NCBI GenBank assembly: GCA_027339965.1
Contig: DAHWNL010000005.1
Span: 1-16,064, forward strand
DNA: 16,064 nucleotides
DNA from: Granulicella sp.
GTDB taxonomy: Bacteria; Acidobacteriota; Terriglobia; Terriglobales; Acidobacteriaceae
Reading direction: 5' to 3'
The notes beneath the pieces are model-generated. The model was not told the DNA's origin. It saw only the letters and a program-made list of their open reading frames with translations, and made no database searches. How positions within the stretch are numbered: the first letter of the stretch is position 1; each line of letters starts with the position of its first letter. Shown in pieces: positions 1 through 8,017 of the stretch. The position numbers and the translations under genes are program-made.

Positions 1-562
1 GGGTGACCACGCTCCAAGGCGACTCCGGCGCGGCTTCGGCAACGCGCACGCCCGCCGGTGCCCGGCCGTAGAGGCGCGTCATCGAAGTCCTCAGGCCGGT
101 CTCATCGAGAAAGACAAGATGCTCCGGATCGACCTCGGCGACGGCTGCGAGAAACTCTTGACGGCCGATCAGGTTCTCGGGCGTGTCGCGCTCCGCCGCG
201 TGGAGCGACTTTTTTTTTAGCCGCAGGCCCATGCGCTTGAGCCATCGACAAAGCCAGGAGTTATGAATCTTCACCCCTGCCTGCTCATCGAGCTTGATCT
301 GTAACTCGGCCAGCGTCAAGTCCGATTGCGCTGTAAGCCATTGGCGGAGCAGGGCCTGTTCGGCAGCTCTGATCTTGGGCTTGCGACCTGGTTTGTAGGT
401 GGGCCCTGCCATGCTCCCGGTGCGCGTAGAAGCCGCCGAGACCTTTTTCGCCCACCCCAGACTGACGCGAAATTCCGCCGCCAATTCCTCCAGCGTGCCG
501 TATCCCTGCTCATAAGCTGAAAGAAAATTGCGGCGCTACTCCCCCTCGTAGGCTTTAGCCAT
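1..562 (-). pseudogene. IS630-family transposase, 5' part (runs off window); in-frame TAG at codon 9
   Basis: Manual translation from ATG 562: MAKAYEGE*RRNFLSAYEQGYGTLEELAAEFRVSLGWAKK...PGRKPK...SDLTLAELQ...LCRWLKRMGLRLKKKSLHAAERDTPE...HLVFLDETGLRTSMTRLYGRAPAG. The HTH region, KKKSLHAAER and LVFLDETG..MTRLYGR motifs are typical of IS630 transposases. The TAG lies at 538-536. Confidence 0.9.
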
Positions 563-622
563 ACGCTTTGCCTCGCGGAAGAGTCGCCATCTGTAGTCTA
601 CAGCATTATGCAGGATGCTCTA
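1..622 (-). mobile_element. IS630-family insertion sequence (left end and TA target at ~620-622; right end outside window)
   Basis: On the minus strand the element reads TA|GAGCATCCTGCATAATGCTGTAGACTACAG, starting ~60 bp upstream of the transposase ATG. The TA lies within CTAG at 620-623, matching IS630 TA targeting. IS701-like coding sequence begins exactly at this point. Confidence 0.75.
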
Positions 623-888
623 GCCCACGCCGTGTTGGCGGTGCTGCGCGGCCGAGGAGAAGAGACTCTCCCTGGCGGCGTGCGCCTTCAGCGTGCCCGA
701 CGTGCGCCACCTGCTCACGCGTCTGCTGTGGCACGGGAAACACAGTATGCAACACGCCCTGGCCTGGTCCAACTGGCGCCGAGCTCGCAAACTCCTCGCC
801 ATCTTCTACCACTACCGGAAACGCCAATCGCCACTACCTAATTGCTTCCGGCAGCTCCTCTACGGTCGCTATCTACAACTTTAGTACT
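620..888 (+). pseudogene. IS701-family transposase C-terminal remnant with probable right terminal repeat
   Basis: LAHAVLAVLRGRGEETLPG (frame of ORF 608), then after a frame change SVPDVRHLLTRLLW...HALAWSNWRRARKLLAIFYHYRKR...YLQL* (693-884). This resembles the IS701 C-terminal pattern 'MLAHAFL...LSVPEIRRLL...WSxWRRxHQxxAxxxHY'. It ends in CTACAACTTTAGTACT (873-888), similar to IS701-type ends as I recall them. Confidence 0.7.
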
Positions 889-970
889 CAGACCCTCTCC
901 CAAACCCCTGTGACCTTGGCTGATGATGTCCGCGGCATGGAAAAACTGCTCGCAAACAGACATCGCGCCG

Positions 971-993
971 AAGTATCCCCATAAGTATCGCCA
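971..993 (+). repeat. 11-bp tandem direct repeat, putative integrase arm-type sites
   Basis: AAGTATCCCCA (971-981) and AAGTATCGCCA (983-993), one mismatch, ~45 bp from the tRNA 3' end. The repeat is seen directly; the function is inferred. Confidence 0.5.
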
Positions 994-1021
994 AATTGAA
1001 CCGAGCGAAGATGTCTTATCG

Positions 1022-1034
1022 TAAATTCTTGATT
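1022..1034 (-). promoter_or_regulatory. IHF-binding consensus next to tRNA 3' end (att-like)
   Basis: The minus strand reads AATCAAGAATTTA, an exact match to WATCAANNNNTTR, 3 bp downstream of the tRNA CCA. Confidence 0.55.
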
Positions 1035-1037
1035 CTA

Positions 1038-1113
<76 letters not shown>

Positions 1114-1303
1114 TTCCTGACCGCACAGCCGCGTCCTGCCAAGGTCCCACGCAACCTTATAAGGCTGCCTGGGTTGCTTGCAGACACAGGAGCCTGCTGC
1201 GTGACGCCTCACCCATTGTATGGCGTGCGCCATGGGCAACCAAACGCTCAACGTCCTGCGGCCCTCAGCGCCGTTGCGACACGCCCTCCGGCTCTGCACA
1301 CCG

Positions 1304-4201
1304 TTAGTCGTCATCATCGTTGTTCGGATTGTCCGCGGCGTCATACGGCTGGGCCCCGCGTGGGTCGGGAGCCACCAGCGCGGGCTGGGTGTAGGTCTTG
1401 CCGTCGACGCTCAGCCGCATACTGTACTCTCCAGGTGAAAGCGCCACCGGGCTCCTGCGCCCGGCTGGCTGCTTCGCCGCGACCGTTCCCACTCCGCTGC
1501 ACGCATCCTTTGGATTGGCTTGCGCGGCAGACTCGCCAAACTCCTCTTGCCTGCGCTGCAGATGCAACGCGAAACGATGCATGCCGGCAGCCGCGGAGGG
1601 TGGTGCCGGCGGCTCTCTCCAGATCGCCTGCACGTCAATCTTCTCCGTGTCGACCGGCCTGACGGGTGCATCGCTGGCGGAGCAGACCCGCACCGCCCCC
1701 TGGCTATCCACCAGCTCCAGGCGCAGCGGCGTCGTGGCCGCGCTCTTCAGCCAGTAGTAGGCCACCACACCCTGGGGAGGGTTCTTCTCCTGCGGCTCCT
1801 CGGGTGGCAGCGGCGTTCCATCCTCCGCGCCCGGCACCAGTGACAGTGTGGTTCCAGGCTGGAAGAGATACACCGGCGAAGAGGCGATCTCCCCTCCCCG
1901 GGCCGCCAACTGGCGCAGCGGCGTCATCTGGTCCAACACCCAGAAGCCGCGCCCATGCGTGGCCACAGCCAGATCGTCGCCATGCACCACCAGATCCCGC
2001 ACCGAAGTCGCGGGCATATTCAACTGCAACGGCTGCCACTGGTCGCCATCGTCAAAGGAGACGTACACCCGCAGCTCCGTGGCCGCATACAGCAGGCCCT
2101 TCTGCTTCGGATCTTCCTTCACCGAGTTCACAAACGCTCCCTTGGGAATCCCGCGCGAGATTTCGGTCCAGCTCTTACCGCCGTCGTGGGTGCGATAGAT
2201 ATACGCGTGGAAGTCACCCAGCCGGTGCCGGTCCACGGATGCATAGGCGGTCTCACGGTCAAAGTGCCCGGCCTCGATCTGCGAGATCTTGCTCCAGGTG
2301 GTCAGCGCCTTCGGCGTCAGGTTGCTCCAGTGGGCTCCGTCGTCGCTGGTCCTCCAGATCAGGCCGTCGTCGGTTCCCACCCACAGCATCTTCGCGTCCA
2401 GCGGCGAGGGGCTGATGGTATAGACCACGCCAAACCGGTTGGTCATCGGCTCGTCGATATCCAGCGCCGTCACCGGATCCAGCGTTTTGGGTATACCAGG
2501 GTTCACCCGCGAGAGATCCGGACTGATCTTCACCCACGTGCGTCCCTCGTTGCGGGTGCGGAAGACAAACTGATTGGAGTAATACAGCGCGTCATCCACA
2601 GGAGAAAATACCTCGGGCAGGGTCCAGGTTTTGCGGTAGGGGTCATCGGCATCAGCTTTGGGGATGGAGCCCAGCGGCTGCTGCACGTTGAGCATCTGGT
2701 TGCATCGCCCCGCGCCTGCGCCGTAGAGCATCACCGGGTTCTTTGGGTCGGGGACCACGGTATCGCTCTCTCCCGCCTGGCAGAGAGGCTCCCAGCTACG
2801 GTAGTCGAGCACGCCAAAGCGCGACCAGGTCTCTACACCCACGGCCCCGGAGTCCTGCTGCGCAGCATCCAGCCAGTAGGGAAAACGGCTGTCGGCAGCT
2901 ACATGGTAGAGCTCCGCAGTCGGCTGGTTGTACCACGAGCTCCAGGTCCGGGCCCCGTCCACGCTCACCACCGTACCCTGATCGCTGGAGAGCACCATGC
3001 GATTGCGGTCGCTGGGATTGATCCACAACTGGTGATAGTCGTCGCCGCCCGGCGCTGCCTTCACCGGGACAAAGGTCCTGCCCGCATCCGTCGTGCGGTA
3101 GGTGGCTGTGTTGATCACATAGGCTTCGTCCGGATTGGTGGGATCCACAGTTACCGCCTCAAAGTACCACCCCCGCCCCCACAGCCGCCGCTCGGCGTTC
3201 ACCAGCCGCCAGGTCTTGCCCGCATCGTTGGAGAGATACACGCCACCGGTCGCCTTCGGCGCATTCGGCCCCTTGGGCGTCGTGTGCACCAAGTACGACG
3301 GAGCATGCGACGTGCCAATATCGTCTATCACCGCCCACAGCCGGTTGGGGTTGCTGGGAGCAACGGCGATCCCGATCTTGCCCACATAAGGATCCTCCGG
3401 GAGTCCGCCGTGGAGCTGGATCCAGTGGTCGCCGCCATCGGTCGACTTGTACAACCCGCTGCCCGGCATGTAGGAGGGCGCATAGACCGCCCAGGGCGGA
3501 CGGCGCGTGGCCCACAGCGAGGCATAGAGAACCTGCGGATGTTTTGGATCCATCGCGAGGTCGATCGCGCCCACGCTGTCCGGGCTGCCGGCGTTGTACA
3601 GGATCTTTTTCCAGTGTTGGCCTCCATCGGTGGAGCGATAGACGCCGCGCTCCAGGTTGGCGTCATAGGCGTGCCCCAGCACCGCGACGTACACCCGGTC
3701 GGGATCGGTTGGATCCACCACAATCCGTCCGATGTGCTTGCTGTCGGTGAGTCCGATGTGCGTCCAGGTCTTGCCGGCGTCCACGGACTTGTACATCCCG
3801 TCTCCGTAGGAGTGCTGATTGCGGATATCCGGCTCGCCAGTTCCTACGTACACCACCTTGGGATCGGAGGCAGCCACGGCGATGGCCCCGATGGATCCGA
3901 TGGGAATGCCCTCGTCGGAGATGGGCGTCCAGGTCCGGCCATCGTTCTCTGTCTTCCATACGCCTCCGCCGACGGAGCCCATGTAGAAGGTATCCGGCTC
4001 ACTCTCCACGCCGGCCACGGCAAACGAGCGCCCACCGCGCATGGGCCCCACATCGCGCCACTGCAGGCCGGAGAGCAGCGAGGCCGGATACTGTCCGTTC
4101 TGGGCCAACGCAGCCTGGCCGCCCGCCAGGCAGACGCTGAAAAGGCCAGGCAGGAGGCAGGCGATGCTGAGGAAGAATCGGCAAGAGCGGGAGCAAGTCA
4201 T
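1304..4201 (-). CDS. Secreted VPS10/sortilin-like BNR (Asp-box) repeat beta-propeller protein ('glycosyl hydrolase BNR repeat'), 965 aa
   Basis: Long ORF with GAGG RBS 7 nt upstream, an N-terminal signal peptide, WRDVGPMRGGR start motif, 11 Asp-box-like S/T-x-D-x-G-x-T/H-W repeats, GGDDYH, QQDSG and ATHGRGFW motifs. Confidence 0.92.
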   Translation of the reverse strand: MTCSRSCRFFLSIACLLPGLFSVCLAGGQAALAQNGQYPASLLSGLQWRDVGPMRGGRSFAVAGVESEPDTFYMGSVGGGVWKTENDGRTWTPISDEGIPIGSIGAIAVAASDPKVVYVGTGEPDIRNQHSYGDGMYKSVDAGKTWTHIGLTDSKHIGRIVVDPTDPDRVYVAVLGHAYDANLERGVYRSTDGGQHWKKILYNAGSPDSVGAIDLAMDPKHPQVLYASLWATRRPPWAVYAPSYMPGSGLYKSTDGGDHWIQLHGGLPEDPYVGKIGIAVAPSNPNRLWAVIDDIGTSHAPSYLVHTTPKGPNAPKATGGVYLSNDAGKTWRLVNAERRLWGRGWYFEAVTVDPTNPDEAYVINTATYRTTDAGRTFVPVKAAPGGDDYHQLWINPSDRNRMVLSSDQGTVVSVDGARTWSSWYNQPTAELYHVAADSRFPYWLDAAQQDSGAVGVETWSRFGVLDYRSWEPLCQAGESDTVVPDPKNPVMLYGAGAGRCNQMLNVQQPLGSIPKADADDPYRKTWTLPEVFSPVDDALYYSNQFVFRTRNEGRTWVKISPDLSRVNPGIPKTLDPVTALDIDEPMTNRFGVVYTISPSPLDAKMLWVGTDDGLIWRTSDDGAHWSNLTPKALTTWSKISQIEAGHFDRETAYASVDRHRLGDFHAYIYRTHDGGKSWTEISRGIPKGAFVNSVKEDPKQKGLLYAATELRVYVSFDDGDQWQPLQLNMPATSVRDLVVHGDDLAVATHGRGFWVLDQMTPLRQLAARGGEIASSPVYLFQPGTTLSLVPGAEDGTPLPPEEPQEKNPPQGVVAYYWLKSAATTPLRLELVDSQGAVRVCSASDAPVRPVDTEKIDVQAIWREPPAPPSAAAGMHRFALHLQRRQEEFGESAAQANPKDACSGVGTVAAKQPAGRRSPVALSPGEYSMRLSVDGKTYTQPALVAPDPRGAQPYDAADNPNNDDDD

Positions 4202-4367
4202 GGCAGGACCTCTCTGAGTGGTACGGTTCGGAAGAACTTGGAAGACAGTGGGTATATGTTGAGCCGTGCGCTGGGGCCGCTGAGCTACAGGAGCTTGCCC
4301 CAGCCAACCCAGCCGCCATGCTTTTCTTCTACACTACGTCCAACACGGATGTCGCAGCGCGGAGATC

Positions 4368-4398
4368 CTCCAAGTCCCATCTCACTCCAAGTCCCATC
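4368..4398 (+). repeat. Perfect 14-bp direct repeat just upstream of RBS
   Basis: CTCCAAGTCCCATC at 4368-4381 and 4385-4398. Confidence 0.8.
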
Positions 4399-4410
4399 GC
4401 AGGAGCCGTC

Positions 4411-7400
4411 GTGATTCCCTCCAGCCGCAGTTCACACCTTGCCGTCATCTTCGCACTTTTGAGCGCCGGGCTGTTTCCTGGGCTGGGCGCGGGGTTCGGC
4501 GCCAGCCGCATCGCCGCCCAGACTTCGGCAGAGCCTTCCGGAGGGAAGATCTCCGCTGCCTCCGCGCTGCCCTCTGATGCTCTTTTCTCCGCCATGCGCT
4601 GGCGAGAGGTCGGCCCCATGCGCGCGGGACGCACCCGTGCTCTGGCTGGGGTGGCCGGCCAGCCGTACACCTTCTACATCGGAGCCGTCGGCGGTGGAGT
4701 CTTCAAGACTACGGATGCCGGAGAGACCTGGCACAGCATCTGGAACGGCGAACCCACCGGATCCATCGGCGCCATCGCCGTAGCTCCGTCTGACCCCAGG
4801 ATCATTTATGTGGGCAGCGGCGAGAGCCTGGCTCGCCCCGATCTCTCCACCGGCGATGGCGTCTACAAATCGATCGACGCGGGCAAGACCTGGACTCACC
4901 TGGGACTGCGCGACACCCAGCAGATCGGCCAGGTGGCCGTCGATCCCAGTAACCCGAAGATCGTCTTTGTGGCCGCCGAAGGCCATCCTTATGCACCCAA
5001 TCATCAGCGCGGCCTCTACAAATCGACGGACGGCGGCCTCACCTTCCGGCGCGTGCTGTACATCAATGACCAGACCGGAGCCTCGGACGTCGCCATCGAC
5101 CCGCAGCATCCCAACATCGTCTTTGCCGGTATGTGGCAGCGCCAGGAGGGTCCGTGGGAGAACGGCTCCTGGCAGGGCCCTGACGGCGGTCTTTTCCGCT
5201 CGATCGACGGCGGCAAGACATGGAGGAAGCTCACGGGTGGCGGCCTTCCCGACGACATCGAGCAGGTGAACCTGACCATCTCACCCAGCGATGACCGGCG
5301 CATCTATGCGGAGATTGCGTACGGCCGCAAGGTGGGCCTCTACCGCTCCGACGATGGCGGCAGCACCTGGGTGCACGCTCCCGTGAATGACACTCGCCCC
5401 GAGGAGCGCATTGGCGGCGGCGATCTTCCCGTGCCACGGGTGGATCCCAAAGATCCGGACACGATCTACGTAGCCAGCATCGTCACCTGGAAGTCCACCG
5501 ACGCCGGGCGCACCTGGACCGGCTTTCGCGGTTCGCCGGGGGGCGATGACTACCAGGGCATCTACATCAATCCGAGCAACCCCGGCATCATCGCACTCAC
5601 CAGCGACCAGGGCGCCATCATCACACTGAACGGCGGCAAGACTTGGAGCCAGTGGTACAACCAGCCCACCGCGCAGATGTACCACGTGACCACCGACGAC
5701 GCCTTCCCCTATCGCGTCTGCGGCGGACAGCAGGACAGCGGCTCGGCCTGCGTCTTGAGCCGCAGCGACGACGGCCGCATCACCTTTCATGACTGGCATC
5801 CGGTGGGCATTGAAGAGTACGGCTACGCCGCGCCCGATCCTCTGGACCCCGATATCGTGTATGGCGGCAAGGTCACGCGCTATGACCGCCGCACCGGCCA
5901 GATCGAAGATGTGCAGCCCAGCTTCCTGCGCGCCTACCGCGCGCTGCGCACCGAGCCGCTGCAATTCTCGCCCCTTGATCCGCACAGCCTCTACTTCGCT
6001 ACCAACTTCCTGTGGCTCACCCGCGACGGGGGCAAGACATGGAAGCGGATATCGCCCGACCTGAGCCGCAAGACCTTTCCTCTGCCCGCCGTTCTGGACG
6101 ACTACAAGGACCGCGCTTCCGCCAGGCCCATACGCCGCGGGGTGATCTATGCCCTGGGCCTCAGCCCTCTGGATGCGCAACGGATCTGGGCCGGCACCGA
6201 CGACGGCCTGATCTGGACAACCACGGACGGCGGCGCGCACTGGACCAACGTCACGCCTCCCGCACTCCAGCCCTTCTGGAAGGTCTTCAACATGGACGCC
6301 GGGCACTTCAGCAGCCAGACGGCCTACGCCGCCGTGAATACCATGCGTCTGGATGACATGCGGCCGCATCTGTTCCGCACCCACGATGGCGGCAAGAGCT
6401 GGACCGAGATCGACAACGGCATCCCCGCCGGCGCCGCCACCAGCGCCATCCGCGAGGACCCCAAACAAAAGGGGCTGCTGTATGCAGGCAGCGAAACTCA
6501 GGTTTATGTCTCCTTTGACGACGGAGACCACTGGCAGAGCCTGCGCCTGAACATGCCGGCCAGTTCGGTCCGCGACCTCACCGTGAAGGACGACGATTTG
6601 ATCGCCGCCACCCATGGCCGCGGCTTCCTGATCCTGGACGATGTAACCCCGCTGCGCCAGATTGCGGCCAAAATCTCGGCCCAGAGCGCACCCCAACTCC
6701 AGGCCGAAGCCAGCCTGGCCGCGCAGAACGCCATCCTGTTCGCGCCCCAGACCGCGCTTCGCATACGCAATGACATGAACCCGCCCACGCCCTGGCCGCC
6801 GGAGATGGCGACGGGAACGAACCCGCCCGATGGAGCCGTGATCGACTACTATCTGGGCCCCGATCTGGGAACCCATCCGGGAAGCAAGATCTCCGGTCCG
6901 GTGACCCTGCAGATTCTCAACGCTCAAGGCGAGCTGGTCGCCCAGTTCAAGAGCACCGATCCGGTTCCCCCGCTGGACCCGCGCTACCCTGACCCCACCC
7001 TGTGGGCGCGGCCGCCGCGGGTGCTCTCCGCAGCCGCCGGCTATCATCGCTTCCTTTGGGATATGCGTTATCCAAACGTTCCCGGCATGGCCACGGGGCC
7101 GGATGAGAACGCGGCGATTCCGCATGATACCCCGACCGTACCCTCAGGCCCTTATGTAATGCCTGGCGTTTACAAGGTGCGTCTGCTCGCCGGCGGCCAG
7201 AGCCTGAGCCAGCCTCTGACCATCGTAATGGATCCGAGGGTCAAGACTGCGAACGCCCAACTGAAACAGCAGTTCAACGTCTCCTATGCCCTGTACCAGG
7301 AGATGTTGCAGGCCACGCAGGCCCTGCATCAGATCACCGTGCTGCGCGATCAACTCGACGCGCCCGGCTCCCCGGTTGCTCGCCAAACTGCTGAGGCGCT

Positions 7401-7746
7401 GGAAGCCAGTCTGAACAAGATCGCCGGTCCCGCCGGAGATGAAGACGGGCCGCGCTTCGGCCCTCCCGGAGCGCCCAACCTGAGCACGATCCGTACCCAG
7501 ATGGCGCGGCTTGAGTACTCCATCCAGAGCGCCGACCAGGCACCGACCGCGGCTCAGACCGTCGCTGCCGAACAGCTTGCCAAGCCTCTGCCCGGCCTGC
7601 TGGATGCGTGGAAGCAGGTGAAGGCTACCCAGTTGAAGGCCATCAACGAACAGTTGCGGAGAGAAAACCAGCCGCAGCTTTCCCTGAACACAAGCCAGAT
7701 CGACCATGGCGTGGAGGACCAGATCGAGTACGGCGACGATGATTAG
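4411..7746 (+). CDS. Secreted VPS10/sortilin-like BNR repeat beta-propeller protein, paralogue of 1304-4201, with extra C-terminal helical domain
   Basis: The ORF is open from 4318, but GTG 4411 has AGGAG at 4401-4405 and gives a normal signal peptide. It has WREVGPMRAGR, 11 Asp-box-like repeats, GGDDYQ, QQDSG and ATHGRGF, then an amphipathic helical tail. Confidence 0.92.
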   Translation: MIPSSRSSHLAVIFALLSAGLFPGLGAGFGASRIAAQTSAEPSGGKISAASALPSDALFSAMRWREVGPMRAGRTRALAGVAGQPYTFYIGAVGGGVFKTTDAGETWHSIWNGEPTGSIGAIAVAPSDPRIIYVGSGESLARPDLSTGDGVYKSIDAGKTWTHLGLRDTQQIGQVAVDPSNPKIVFVAAEGHPYAPNHQRGLYKSTDGGLTFRRVLYINDQTGASDVAIDPQHPNIVFAGMWQRQEGPWENGSWQGPDGGLFRSIDGGKTWRKLTGGGLPDDIEQVNLTISPSDDRRIYAEIAYGRKVGLYRSDDGGSTWVHAPVNDTRPEERIGGGDLPVPRVDPKDPDTIYVASIVTWKSTDAGRTWTGFRGSPGGDDYQGIYINPSNPGIIALTSDQGAIITLNGGKTWSQWYNQPTAQMYHVTTDDAFPYRVCGGQQDSGSACVLSRSDDGRITFHDWHPVGIEEYGYAAPDPLDPDIVYGGKVTRYDRRTGQIEDVQPSFLRAYRALRTEPLQFSPLDPHSLYFATNFLWLTRDGGKTWKRISPDLSRKTFPLPAVLDDYKDRASARPIRRGVIYALGLSPLDAQRIWAGTDDGLIWTTTDGGAHWTNVTPPALQPFWKVFNMDAGHFSSQTAYAAVNTMRLDDMRPHLFRTHDGGKSWTEIDNGIPAGAATSAIREDPKQKGLLYAGSETQVYVSFDDGDHWQSLRLNMPASSVRDLTVKDDDLIAATHGRGFLILDDVTPLRQIAAKISAQSAPQLQAEASLAAQNAILFAPQTALRIRNDMNPPTPWPPEMATGTNPPDGAVIDYYLGPDLGTHPGSKISGPVTLQILNAQGELVAQFKSTDPVPPLDPRYPDPTLWARPPRVLSAAAGYHRFLWDMRYPNVPGMATGPDENAAIPHDTPTVPSGPYVMPGVYKVRLLAGGQSLSQPLTIVMDPRVKTANAQLKQQFNVSYALYQEMLQATQALHQITVLRDQLDAPGSPVARQTAEALEASLNKIAGPAGDEDGPRFGPPGAPNLSTIRTQMARLEYSIQSADQAPTAAQTVAAEQLAKPLPGLLDAWKQVKATQLKAINEQLRRENQPQLSLNTSQIDHGVEDQIEYGDDD

Positions 7747-7904
7747 CAGGTTGCCGGAGGAACGATACAACGATGCGAAGCGACACGCCGAACCAGCATC
7801 TCGAAGCTGGAACCAGGCTCGGCCGTTGCTACGGGAGCTGCGGAGGAGGGCACGTGCAAGCCCGTTTCTGGTCATGAGTGTCCAGGCCATTCGCTGCGCG
7901 TTGC

Positions 7905-7940
7905 CCAGGATTTGATCCAGGATTTGATCCAGGATTTGAT
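7905..7940 (+). repeat. 12-bp tandem repeat x3 (CCAGGATTTGAT)
   Basis: Three exact copies at 7905, 7917 and 7929, ending in the palindrome TTTGATCAAA (7935-7944). TACAAT lies at 7955-7960. Confidence 0.9.
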
Positions 7941-8017
7941 CAAAGATACTGCCCTACAATAGCAAGGAAATACTGACACGCCTGCTTCCGCGCCCGTTTT
8001 CTCCCTCGGCCTTCGGC

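Noticed and set aside
536..538. TAG readthrough (pyrrolysine or recoding) in the transposase
   Set aside because: The family has Leu here, so a single-base nonsense change is simpler. TAG also serves as a normal stop at 7744-7746.
4281..4291. TGAGCTACAGG identical to tRNA region 1100-1110
   Set aside because: Only 11 bp and from the tRNA 5' part rather than the 3' att core; compatible with chance.
4318..4410. ATG 4318 as start of second VPS10 gene
   Set aside because: No RBS. GTG 4411 has AGGAG and gives a normal signal peptide.
1955..4414. 819-aa + strand ORF
   Set aside because: Antisense shadow of the VPS10 gene, typical of high-GC codon bias, with no recognisable motifs.
5281..7125. 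614-aa minus-strand ORF
   Set aside because: Antisense shadow of a well-supported gene.
7870..7880. GGTCATGAGTG resembling the start of a SAM-IV riboswitch
   Set aside because: The downstream GGCAACC and P2/P3 elements are absent.
7905..7940. CRISPR-like array or FNR site
   Set aside because: The 12-bp units have no spacers and no cas genes are present. TTGAT and ATCAA are not 4 bp apart as FNR requires.
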